Below are positions 7,625-16,479 of a stretch of DNA of 30,139 nt, piece after piece. Origin of the DNA: an uncultured Rhodobacterales bacterium (GTDB lineage: Bacteria; Pseudomonadota; Alphaproteobacteria; Rhodobacterales; Rhodobacteraceae); NCBI GenBank assembly GCA_964462475.1, contig CAYWXQ010000004.1, forward strand, positions 1-30,139. The letters run 5' to 3'. Every line of letters starts with the position of its first letter. The stretch's first letter is position 1. The notes beneath the pieces are model-generated. The model saw only the letters and a list, made by a program, of their open reading frames with translations, did not search any database and was not told where the DNA came from. The position numbers and the translations under genes were made by a program.

Positions 7625-8593
7625 GTGAGCGCGCAACAAAAACACCCGAAAACCGGTCAAGTGGCCGATGCCCCCCTGCGCAACTGGGTTGATATCTATG
7701 CCCCTGCCTTTACCCGCCCCTATCTGCGCCTTAGCCGCGCCGACCGGCCGATCGGCACATGGCTGTTGTTGCTGCCGTGCTGGTGGGGGCTGGCGCTGGC
7801 CGTGGCTGCCGATCCGGCAGGCGGGTCGTTGTTTGATATCTGGATCGCGCTTGGCTCGGCGCTGGGCGCGTTTTTAATGCGCGGCGCGGGCTGCACCTGG
7901 AACGATATTACCGACCGCGACATAGATGCCAAAGTGGCGCGCACCCGCTCGCGGCCTTTGCCCTCAAAGCAGGTCAGTGTTCGTGGCGCATTATTGTGGC
8001 TGGCCGCACAGGTGGCGCTGGCGGCGCTGATCTTGCTTAGTTTCAACAGCTTTGCCATTGGGCTGGGCATTGCAGCGTTGTTGCCGGTGGCAATATACCC
8101 GTTTGCCAAGCGTTTCACATGGTGGCCGCAGGTGTTTTTGGGCATCGCCTTTAACTGGGGGGCGTTGCTGGGCTGGGCGGCGCATACCGGCAGCCTGTCT
8201 GCCGCGCCGGTGTTGCTATACTTGGCCGGTATTGCCTGGACGTTGTTTTACGATACAATTTACGCCCACCAAGATAAAGACGACGACGCTCTGATCGGGG
8301 TTAAATCAACCGCGCGGCTGTTTGGCGCGGCCACCAAAAAGTGGCTGCTGGGGTTTCAGGTGCTTAGCGTCAGCCTGATGGCGCTGGCGGTAATTGTGGC
8401 GATCAATCTGGCCAACGCGCCGATGCCGCTGCTGATCGCGCTGCTGGCGGCGTGGGGATTTGGCATGCATCTTATGTGGCAGTTAAAGCGGCTGGATATC
8501 AACGATGGCGATATCTGCCTGCGGCTGTTTCGCGCTAACCGCGACGCGGGGCTGATCGCATCGGCGTTCCTTGGCCTATCGGCGCTTGTGTGA
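7625..8593 (+). CDS. ubiA: 4-hydroxybenzoate octaprenyltransferase
   Basis: RLSRADRPIGTWLLLLPCWW, NDITDRDID...RTRSRPL, YPFAKR, YDTIYAHQDKDDD, GVKSTA. Confidence 0.96.
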   Translation: MSAQQKHPKTGQVADAPLRNWVDIYAPAFTRPYLRLSRADRPIGTWLLLLPCWWGLALAVAADPAGGSLFDIWIALGSALGAFLMRGAGCTWNDITDRDIDAKVARTRSRPLPSKQVSVRGALLWLAAQVALAALILLSFNSFAIGLGIAALLPVAIYPFAKRFTWWPQVFLGIAFNWGALLGWAAHTGSLSAAPVLLYLAGIAWTLFYDTIYAHQDKDDDALIGVKSTARLFGAATKKWLLGFQVLSVSLMALAVIVAINLANAPMPLLIALLAAWGFGMHLMWQLKRLDINDGDICLRLFRANRDAGLIASAFLGLSALV

Positions 8594-8648
8594 GGGTTGA
8601 ACCTCCGCCTTCAATTGCCTATCACCTGTTGTAACCTTTGATAAATTC

Positions 8649-10598
8649 ATGGACTCCATGCGCCCTATTGCCCTCATCTTTGCCGCTGTCACCCTGCTGG
8701 CCGGAATCGCCGTTTCTTGGCTGATCGCCGCCCAAACCATCAGCTGGATAGAGGCAAGCCAGCGCGCCGAGATGGAACAGGCGTTTTACGCCGGTGGTAT
8801 TTCATGGGCCGAGGCCGAGGCCGACGGCTTTATCGTAACCCTGTCGGGCACCGCCCCGACCGCTGCCGACCAAGAGCGCGCGGTTAAAATTGCGCGGCTG
8901 ATATTCGCGGGTAACCTGCGCGACGCCACCACCGCGCAACAGGCCGCTATGGCCGCGCCCCCTGCCGCCCCGCCTATGGTAGAGATCCTTAAAAACGGCA
9001 ATGATTTCTCGTTTATCGGCGTGCTGCCAACCGGTGAAACCGCGCGGGTATTTGCCGATTATCTGGCGGCGCTCGGCCCGGATGCCAAAATTACCGATGT
9101 TACCGAAACTACTGAAAACGCACCGCAAAACTGGCTGCCGGCGTTTGAATACGCGCTGCGCCTTGCGCCGCTGGCCGATCAGGCAACCCTAACAGTAACC
9201 CCCGGCGCGGTGGCGCTTGAAGCGGTGGCAACCTCGGCGAGCTGGGAGCAGGGATTTGCCGAAATGGCCGAAAAGCTGCGCCCCGAAAACGTAAACCTGA
9301 GCGTGAACATCGCCGTGCCGCGGCCGGTGATTTCGCCCTATGTGTTCAGCCTCGATATCGCCAACCCCGCGCTGGCGACCTGTTCTGCCCAAGACGAGGC
9401 CGAGGCCGCCATCCTTACCACCGCCGCCACCGATTTGATCGGCACCAAGCTTGAATGCGATATTGGCATCGGCGCGCCGTCCCGCAAATGGGCCGAGGCG
9501 GTAGACGCCGGCCTGCACGCGCTCGCGGGTCTTGGCGGCGGGCGGATCGCAATCAGCGACGCCGATTTTGCCCTGTTCGGCCCAACAGGCGCTGCCCCCG
9601 CCGATTTCACCACCATCGCGGACACCCTGCGCGCCGATCTGCCCGAGGGGTTTACCCTGCAAGCCACCCCCGCCCCGCGCCCCGCCCCCGCCGCGCCGGC
9701 CCCCCGCCCGGTGACCTTTACCGCCACACTGTCGGCCGATGGCGGCGTGGTGATCAAGGGCAGCGTCAAAGACATTTTAACCCGCGAAGTTGTAATGCGC
9801 TTTAGCGAGGCCAAGTTCGGCTATGGCCGGGTCGAAGACCGGCTTTGGCTGGAGCCTGATCTGCCCGATGGCTGGCAAGTGCGGGTTTTTGCCCTGATCG
9901 AGGCCTTGGCCCTGCTGAACGAGGGCACGGCCAGCATGACCCCAGCCGCGCTAGAGATTACCGGCGATGCCAGCTTTCAAAACCCCGCCGCCGAGCTTGG
10001 TAAACTGCTGGATCCCGCCTATGGGCCCGGCCAAACCAGCTTTGACATCAGCTATACCGAGCAAATGAACCGCGCCGCCGATGCGGGGCTTGACCCGCGC
10101 CTGTGTGTCAGCCGGATCAGCAGCTTGCTGGCCAATAACACCATTACCTTTGCCCCCTCAAGCGCGGTGATCAGCGACCCCAGCCTGCCCACCATCGCCG
10201 CCATTGCCGATATATTAACCCAGTGCCGCGACGCCCGCATTGAAATCGGTGGCCACACCGACAGTCAGGGCCGCGAAGAAATGAACCTGACGCTTTCACA
10301 AAGCCGCGCCGATGCGGTGCTTGATGCGCTGTTGGCGCAAAACCTGCTGCTCGGTGACCTTTCTGCCAAAGGCTACGGCGAGACCCAGCCCATTGCCGAT
10401 AACGATACCGAAGCCGGCCGCACCCGCAACCGCCGCATAGAGTTCAAGCTGCTGCGCGACACCGCCGCGCCCGAAGTTACCACCGGCGAAATCTCTCCCG
10501 CAACCGCGCCCGCCGCAGCCGCCACGAGCGCGCGGATCGTGATCAAGACCTTCCGCCGTCCGGCGTTTCGCGCGCCCGCCGCCCCATCAGGAAACTAA
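8649..10598 (+). CDS. Membrane-anchored OmpA-family peptidoglycan-binding protein with BON-like repeats
   Basis: N-terminal TM helix, repeated BON-like segments (VTLSGTAP, VVIKGSV, LEITGDA), a Pro/Ala linker, and a C-terminal OmpA domain (IEIGGHTDSQG, NLTLSQSRA, GYGETQP, NRRIEF). Confidence 0.88.
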   Translation: MDSMRPIALIFAAVTLLAGIAVSWLIAAQTISWIEASQRAEMEQAFYAGGISWAEAEADGFIVTLSGTAPTAADQERAVKIARLIFAGNLRDATTAQQAAMAAPPAAPPMVEILKNGNDFSFIGVLPTGETARVFADYLAALGPDAKITDVTETTENAPQNWLPAFEYALRLAPLADQATLTVTPGAVALEAVATSASWEQGFAEMAEKLRPENVNLSVNIAVPRPVISPYVFSLDIANPALATCSAQDEAEAAILTTAATDLIGTKLECDIGIGAPSRKWAEAVDAGLHALAGLGGGRIAISDADFALFGPTGAAPADFTTIADTLRADLPEGFTLQATPAPRPAPAAPAPRPVTFTATLSADGGVVIKGSVKDILTREVVMRFSEAKFGYGRVEDRLWLEPDLPDGWQVRVFALIEALALLNEGTASMTPAALEITGDASFQNPAAELGKLLDPAYGPGQTSFDISYTEQMNRAADAGLDPRLCVSRISSLLANNTITFAPSSAVISDPSLPTIAAIADILTQCRDARIEIGGHTDSQGREEMNLTLSQSRADAVLDALLAQNLLLGDLSAKGYGETQPIADNDTEAGRTRNRRIEFKLLRDTAAPEVTTGEISPATAPAAAATSARIVIKTFRRPAFRAPAAPSGN

Positions 10599-10602
10599 CA
10601 CC

Positions 10603-10923
10603 ATGAACCGAACCGACCTGACCTTGATAATTGTTTCCGCCATCGTGATCGCGCTGGTGCTCGGCTGGTCCGCACGCTGGCTGTTTGACCGGCTAAACCG
10701 CGTGCCCCACGGTGCCGATGATGACGGTCAGGACCCCCTGACAATTGCCGAATCCGCCCGCCAGTCCGCCGAGGAAGAACTGGCGCGGATCCAGCTTGAG
10801 TTCGCCTCCGAATATAACCAGCTAAAAGCCGAGCAAGAGGCGACAATGGACGGGTTGCGCACCGCTCGCCAGCGCGCCGAAGTGCTGGAGAGCGAGCTGG
10901 AAACCCTGCGTGGCAAGGCATAA
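10603..10923 (+). CDS. Hypothetical protein: N-terminal TM helix plus coiled coil
   Basis: Hydrophobic N terminus and heptad-like E/Q/R/L-rich C terminus; starts 4 nt after the OmpA-family stop. Confidence 0.8.
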   Translation: MNRTDLTLIIVSAIVIALVLGWSARWLFDRLNRVPHGADDDGQDPLTIAESARQSAEEELARIQLEFASEYNQLKAEQEATMDGLRTARQRAEVLESELETLRGKA

Positions 10924-10988
10924 CCGCATTATTGCCGCTGGCTTTGGCCGCTACCACTGGGCATAATGCCCAAAACAGGAGCAGCGCC

Positions 10989-12428
10989 ATGGCCGCTATT
11001 TTTCGGGTTATATTACTGGCATCACTGGCCTTTGCCGCGCCGGCATGGGCTGACTGGCCGGCCAACAGCGCCGCGCTTGGCGCACGCGACCACCCCAAAG
11101 TGCTGCAACGCTATGGCGGCGACTCCCCGAACCCTGCCCGCGTGGCCTATGTGGCGGCGCTGGGGGCCAAGCTGGTTGCGGTATCGCCCCGCCCAGACGA
11201 ACGCTGGACCTTCACCTTGCTTGACAGCCCCGAGGTCAACGCCTTTGCCCTGCCCGGCGGTTATGTTTATGTGACCCGCGGCTTGCTGGCGCTGGCCAAT
11301 AACGAAGCAGAGCTGGCGGCGGTGCTGGCGCATGAAATCACCCATGTGGTCGCGCAGCATGTCGAGGCGCGCCAGACCGCACAAAAAGACGCGCTGGTCA
11401 GCGGGGCGCTAAGCGCGCTGGTGACAGGCATTTTAGGGGGTGGCGAAAACCGGCTGGGCGATGCGGTGCGCTCGGGGGTTGAAAAGGTTTTCGGGCAAAT
11501 GGGGGCCTATTCCAAAGAGCAGGAATTTGCCGCCGATGCGGGCGGGATATCACTGTTGCGTGCGGCGGGGTATGACCCCGCCGCACAAGCCCGTTTTTTG
11601 GCATCGATGGCCGCCAATGCCACGCTAAAAGCCGAGATCGCGGGACGCGCGTTTGATGAAACCAAAGTGCCGGTATTTGCCAACCACCCCGCCCCCGCCG
11701 AGCGCCAGTTACGCGCGTTTGCCTTGGCGGGCGATGCTACCGGTGCCACAAATACCGAGGCCTATCTGGCAGCGATTGACGGCATGGTTTACGGCGAAAG
11801 CGCGCGGGGTGGCTTTGTGATCGGTCAGCGTTTTGTGCACCCGGCACTTGGCTTCAGCTTTACCGCAGCGCCGGGGTTGCAGCTGCAAAACACCGCGCGC
11901 CAGATCAACATTTCCGGGCCGAACCGGTCAACCCTGATCATGAGCGGCGCGCCCGATACCGGCAATTTAACCGTCGCGCTGCGCGACTGGGCGGCGCAAG
12001 TTCCGCGGCTGGAGCGCCAGTCGCGCCGGCTTGAAAACCTGCGCACCCTGACCATAAACGGGCTGGAGGCCGCCACCGGCACCCTGCGGATGCGCAAGCG
12101 CGGCCAGCGCAGCGCCCTGCGCCTGACGGTGATTCGCTTTAACGGCAGCCTGATCCGGTTTGCCGGCAATGTGCGGCGTGGCGACCAAGAATCAGCGGTT
12201 TTGCACTGGCAGACAGTGCAAAGCTTTCGCGCGCTCGGCACGGGCGAAGCCGCCGGCTTTCAGGAGCAAAATATCACGCTTTACCGCGTGCGCCCGGGTG
12301 ATGATACCGCCACACTTGCCACAATGATGGCCCTGCCCGACAATCGCGAGCCGTGGTTTTTGGTGCTAAACGGGCTGGTGCCCGGCACCACGCCCACCCC
12401 CGGTGCTTTGGTGAAACTGGTGCAATAG
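10989..12428 (+). CDS. M48 family zinc metalloprotease, exported, with C-terminal LysM-like segment
   Basis: NAFALPGGYVYVTRG, HEITH (HExxH), EQEFAAD, NHP. A signal peptide begins at ATG 10989 after AGGAG; C-terminal YRVRPGD...LNGL. Confidence 0.9.
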   Translation: MAAIFRVILLASLAFAAPAWADWPANSAALGARDHPKVLQRYGGDSPNPARVAYVAALGAKLVAVSPRPDERWTFTLLDSPEVNAFALPGGYVYVTRGLLALANNEAELAAVLAHEITHVVAQHVEARQTAQKDALVSGALSALVTGILGGGENRLGDAVRSGVEKVFGQMGAYSKEQEFAADAGGISLLRAAGYDPAAQARFLASMAANATLKAEIAGRAFDETKVPVFANHPAPAERQLRAFALAGDATGATNTEAYLAAIDGMVYGESARGGFVIGQRFVHPALGFSFTAAPGLQLQNTARQINISGPNRSTLIMSGAPDTGNLTVALRDWAAQVPRLERQSRRLENLRTLTINGLEAATGTLRMRKRGQRSALRLTVIRFNGSLIRFAGNVRRGDQESAVLHWQTVQSFRALGTGEAAGFQEQNITLYRVRPGDDTATLATMMALPDNREPWFLVLNGLVPGTTPTPGALVKLVQ

Positions 12429-12456
12429 CCGCGCGGCGACTGTGGGTAATCACGGC

Positions 12457-12765
12457 GACTATCGGGCTATGGGCAGGTGGTGCCCGCGCATAGTCATGCG
12501 GCAATTGCACAAGTCGGCGACACCGTCAACTGTGTGAACCCCGCCTCGAAAAAAGCCGGAGATCCTGCCCGGGGGCACCTTGCTTTTGCCGCTCTTGCAG
12601 TTGGGCTTTTCCGTTGCCTGTCCACCCATCGCGGCGCAGGCCGGGAAGATTGCGGTTTATCAAGCCCCGCCGGCCAGCACCGAACTGAACGTTGCGCGGA
12701 AGGTTCATACTGCCGTTGGAGGTGGTCGTGCTTGTTCCACCCGTTAGCCGCATAAAAAGGGCGAA
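12457..12765. ncRNA. Candidate structured non-coding RNA (family and strand unassigned)
   Basis: GC-rich gap with nested stems: GACTAT/ATAGTC enclosing GGGCA/TGCCC; TGCC/GGCA; GGGCTT(12603)/AAGCCC(12662) enclosing GCCTG/CAGGC; TGAAC/GTTCA; GGTGG/CCACC. No credible ORF, and no tRNA, tmRNA, RNase P or SRP signature. Confidence 0.45.
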
Positions 12766-13112
12766 TCTGATTTCATTGTCAGGCCGCTAATCTCGCTGGT
12801 GCTGTCGTTGTGCCATTGGCCAGCCACTGCCCGGCCCGGCATCTTGCAAAACGCCGAATCGGGGCATAAAAACAAGGTTCAGATACATATGGGCTTTTCG
12901 CTGTGTATTGTTTACGCTGACAAAATTAACTGCAATGACAAAAATATCTTTATTTACACCACGTTTATGCCTTAGTTCTAGCTTATGTCGTGTTGGTGAC
13001 ATTGGACACTGTTGTAACTTGTTACTGTCGGGCATACTGTTTTGTGCGAATCTGGCGTTTGGTATTTGGCCTGTTGGGCCGCGAAAATAACTATTTGAGT
13101 GGGAGAATTATT

Positions 13113-14393
13113 ATGGCGGTAGAAACCCTTGTATGGGCTGATTTGGCAACTGGCACCAACCAGCAGTTAGCTGATTTTAACGGCGTCAGCTGGACCGCCG
13201 ACAGTGGCGGCGGGGCGGGCACCGGCTCTCTTGTCGTGACCGCAACTTTGCTGAACGGGACCGATGTTTTTGCCGGCCAGACCAATGGTATTAACGGCCC
13301 GAATGATGCAGCAACGCTCAACACTGGCGAGCTTGTGACTGCGGGCAATTATACCGGCGGCGCGACCCCCTCCAACAGCGCGCTCATCCTGCGCAATATC
13401 GAGGGCGATGGCGTTTCAGGTGCCGGTGCCACCGAAACGGTTTCGCTTCAGCTTGATTTCACCACCAATGATCTGGTCAACAATAGTAACGGCGTTGATA
13501 GCGTCAGCTTCTGGCTGAACGATATCGATACCAGCTCTTGGGATGACCAGATCGAAATTCTGGCCTATGATACCAATGGCATTCTTTTATCGCCTTCGGT
13601 GGTCAGCCTCTCAAATATCGGCAGCAATGTGACGGGCACCAATACCGGCACGTCTACGCTTATTTCGTCCAACGGGGCCTCCATATCGCCGCGGGATCCC
13701 GCAGGCGCGGTGCAGGTTACTGTCGATGACCCGACGGTGGCCGTGGGCCGGATTGTGGTTGTTTATAGCAACCTGAGCACCGGTGGCCAGCTTGTAGAGC
13801 TGTCCGACCTGAGCATTGTTACCATGCCGCCGCCGCCATGTTTTGTTGCCGGCACCATGATATTGACCGAAAATGGCGAAGTTGCTGTCGAAGATCTGGT
13901 AAAGGGCGATTTGCTGATCACCGCCGGCAACGGCCCCGCCCCCATCCGCTGGATCGGCAAGCGCACCGTCAGCGCCACCGGAGATTTCGCGCCGATCTGC
14001 ATTGCAAAGGGCACTTTGGGCAACACGCGTGATCTGCTGGTTTCACCGGCCCACCGGATGGTGGTATCCGACGCCCGGGTGCCAGCGCTGTTTTCTGAAG
14101 ACGAGGTGCTGGTTCCGGCAAAAGCCCTGCTTGACGGCGACCGGATTTATAGCAAGCCCGGCGGGATGGTGACCTATTTCCACATCCTGTTTGACAATCA
14201 CGAGGTGATCTTCGCCGAAGGCACCCCGACCGAGAGCCTGTATTTCGGGAACTCGGCGCTTGCGGCATTCTCTGAAACGACCAAAGCCGAGGTTCTGGCG
14301 CTGTTCCCTGAGCTCGACGGCCAAATGCCCGCTTCCGGCGCGGTAGCCCGCCCGGTTCTGAGCGCGGCTGAAGCCCAACTTTTGGTCAACTAG
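13113..14393 (+). CDS. Hint-domain protein (B-type bacterial intein-like, Hint_2) with a beta-rich N-terminal domain
   Basis: RBS GGGAG at 13101-13105 before ATG 13113. The Hint domain starts at PPPP-CFVAGTMILTENG (Cys codon 13839-13841) and continues RWIG, LLVSPAHRM, EVLVPAKAL, YFHILFDNHEVIFAEGTPTES. Confidence 0.9.
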   Translation: MAVETLVWADLATGTNQQLADFNGVSWTADSGGGAGTGSLVVTATLLNGTDVFAGQTNGINGPNDAATLNTGELVTAGNYTGGATPSNSALILRNIEGDGVSGAGATETVSLQLDFTTNDLVNNSNGVDSVSFWLNDIDTSSWDDQIEILAYDTNGILLSPSVVSLSNIGSNVTGTNTGTSTLISSNGASISPRDPAGAVQVTVDDPTVAVGRIVVVYSNLSTGGQLVELSDLSIVTMPPPPCFVAGTMILTENGEVAVEDLVKGDLLITAGNGPAPIRWIGKRTVSATGDFAPICIAKGTLGNTRDLLVSPAHRMVVSDARVPALFSEDEVLVPAKALLDGDRIYSKPGGMVTYFHILFDNHEVIFAEGTPTESLYFGNSALAAFSETTKAEVLALFPELDGQMPASGAVARPVLSAAEAQLLVN

Positions 14394-14504
14394 CGGCCCG
14401 GCCTGACCGGCGGGGCTGAATTTAACACTGCGATGCGGGGCGGCTTGATTGTTGCCGCGCATTTTTTATCTATATCGACACAACCAATCAGGTGGGGTCT
14501 AAAT

Positions 14505-15086
14505 CTGCCGCTGAACTTCCCCAGCCACTTTCCGCTAAAAAACGCCCGCAGCCACGAGGTGTGCGGCCCCGGCGCGCTATTCTTTGCCTTTACTCTGGCC
14601 GGGCAAACGGGCGGATCGGTGCTGTGGGTGGGGCCAGCGCGACCGGCCGGGCACATAAACCCCGCCGGGTTTGCCCCCTATCTCGACCCGCAAAACCTGC
14701 TTTTTGCCAGCGCCAAGGACCAGAAAGACATTTTGACCAGCGGTGAAGAGGCGCTGCGTTCGGGCGCGGTGACCCTGGTGGTAATGGAGCTGGGCGCACT
14801 GATCAACCTGACCACCGGGCGGCGGTTGCAGCTGGCGGCCGAAGCCGGGGGCGCGACCGGGCTTTGCATTATTCCTGAAAACACCGGCAGCAACGCGGCC
14901 GAAACCCGCTGGCACTGCGCACCGGTTTTTGGTGCAAAAGACTCGACTCTGCAGCGCTGGGCGCTTATCAAGAACAAATCAGGAACATTAACAACGTGGG
15001 ATGTAAGGTGGGATGCAAAAGCGCGTCGTATCACTGTGGTTTCCGAGACTGCCCAGCGAGCGGGTTCTGCGCGCACGCCCGGTTGA
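14505..15086 (+). CDS. imuA: ImuA (RecA-like mutagenesis accessory protein); start uncertain, CTG 14505 proposed
   Basis: RSHEVCGPG, VLWV, EEALRSGAVTLVV, GRRLQLAAE, SNAAETRW; lies directly upstream of and overlaps imuB. Confidence 0.85.
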   Translation: MPLNFPSHFPLKNARSHEVCGPGALFFAFTLAGQTGGSVLWVGPARPAGHINPAGFAPYLDPQNLLFASAKDQKDILTSGEEALRSGAVTLVVMELGALINLTTGRRLQLAAEAGGATGLCIIPENTGSNAAETRWHCAPVFGAKDSTLQRWALIKNKSGTLTTWDVRWDAKARRITVVSETAQRAGSARTPG

Positions 15087-16479
15087 AACCCCCTTTGCGC
15101 TGACCCTGCGGCAAAACAATACCGAGCAAATCTATTGCCTGAACCCGCAGGCCGAACAGGCGGGGCTGCACCGGGGCATGGGGTTTTCCGACGCCCGCGC
15201 CTATTGCCGTGACCTGCAAAGCCGCGCGGCCGACCCGAAGGCAGACCAGCGGTTTTTGCATATGCTGGCGCGCTGGGCAGGCCGGTATTGCCCGTGGGTC
15301 GGGCTAGAGGGCGATAGCGGGCTGGCGCTTGACATCACCGGCTCGGCGCATTTGTTTGGCGGCGAACCGATGATGCTGGACGACATGCGCCACCGTCTGG
15401 CCCGCGCCGGTATTAGCGCGCGTCTCGGGCTGGCCGACACGCGCGGCGCGGCCTGGGCGCTGGCGCATTTTGGCAAAGGGGCCTCCACGGTTGGCGACAC
15501 CCGCGCGCAGATCGCTCTATTGCCGGTTGATGCCCTGCGCCTGCCCGAAAAAACCGGTATCGCGCTGCAACGGCTTGGCATTCGCCGCATTGCCGATCTG
15601 CTGGCCCTGCCCCGCGCCAGCATCACCCGCCGTTTCGGGCCACAGGTATTGTTGCGGCTCGATCAGGCCCTAGGCCACCACCCCGAAGGCATATCACCCC
15701 TACCCGAGCCCCCCGGTTACGGCGTGCGCATAACCCTGCCCGACCCGATCGGCCTGAGCGCGGATGTGATGGCCGGAACCCAGCGCCTGCTGCACCAGCT
15801 ATGCGCCAAGCTGCAAGCCCGCGAAGCCGGCGCGCGGGTTTTGCAGCTGACCCTGCGACGGGTTGATCAGTCCGCCCAACAGGTAGAGCTGCGCTTGGCC
15901 TGCCCGATGCGCGATGCCGCACGCATCATGCCCTTATTCCGGCGCGGCATAGATCAGGTCGATGCCGGGTTTGGCATTGACCAGTTGCGGCTTGAGGCCA
16001 CGTTGGTCGAACCCCTGCCGGCCACGCAAACAACCCATGCCACCACGGCCCCGAATAAAGGGCTGGATGATCTGCTAACCCGGATCGGCAACCGGATCGG
16101 GCTGGATAATGTGCAGCGGTTTTTACCCGCCGACAGCCACATTCCCGAACGCGGTTTTACCCTTGCGCCTGCGGCTTATAGCGTAGCATCCGGGTCATGG
16201 TCCACGCTTCGGCCCCGCCCTTTGCGGTTGTTTGCGCCCGAACCGGTTAGCGGCACCGGCCCGCAGCCCCCTGCCCGGTTTCGCTGGCGGCGGCTGGTTT
16301 TCACCACCGGTCGCGCCACCGGCCCAGAACGGATTGCCCCCGAATGGTGGTTGCCCGATGACACCTGGCGCACGGGTATGCGCGATTACTGGCGGGTCGA
16401 AACCACGCAAGGGCGGCGGCTTTGGCTGTTTTACACCCCGCAAAACCCCGGCTGGTTTGTGCAGGGAGAATTCGCATGA
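15013..16479 (+). CDS. imuB: ImuB, catalytically inactive Y-family polymerase
   Basis: VVSLWFPRL, YCPWVG, LALDITGSAHLFGGE without the catalytic DE pair, GPERIAPEWW, RDYWRVE, WFVQGEFA. Confidence 0.95.
   Translation: MQKRVVSLWFPRLPSERVLRARPVETPFALTLRQNNTEQIYCLNPQAEQAGLHRGMGFSDARAYCRDLQSRAADPKADQRFLHMLARWAGRYCPWVGLEGDSGLALDITGSAHLFGGEPMMLDDMRHRLARAGISARLGLADTRGAAWALAHFGKGASTVGDTRAQIALLPVDALRLPEKTGIALQRLGIRRIADLLALPRASITRRFGPQVLLRLDQALGHHPEGISPLPEPPGYGVRITLPDPIGLSADVMAGTQRLLHQLCAKLQAREAGARVLQLTLRRVDQSAQQVELRLACPMRDAARIMPLFRRGIDQVDAGFGIDQLRLEATLVEPLPATQTTHATTAPNKGLDDLLTRIGNRIGLDNVQRFLPADSHIPERGFTLAPAAYSVASGSWSTLRPRPLRLFAPEPVSGTGPQPPARFRWRRLVFTTGRATGPERIAPEWWLPDDTWRTGMRDYWRVETTQGRRLWLFYTPQNPGWFVQGEFA

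Noticed and set aside
9661-9712. C-rich short repeats in the OmpA-family gene
   Set aside because: They encode an ordinary Pro/Ala linker; not a CRISPR or mobile repeat.
12530-12570. AAGCCGGAGATCCTGCC resembles the 3' end of a cobalamin riboswitch
   Set aside because: The upstream GGGAA...CCCCCGCAACTGT core is missing, and no B12-related gene follows.
12779-12820. Minus-strand frame reading ANGTTTAPARLAA*, resembling alphaproteobacterial tmRNA tags (AN..AP..LAA)
   Set aside because: There is no GGGGC 5' end, T-arm or CCA acceptor nearby, and no start codon in the frame back to the stop at 12926-12928. Treated as coincidence.
12990-13112. 41-codon extension of the Hint protein
   Set aside because: A non-ATG start in AT-rich regulatory DNA; a good RBS precedes ATG 13113.
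14395-14430. GC hairpin after the Hint gene as a terminator
   Set aside because: The stem is imperfect and there is no U-tract.
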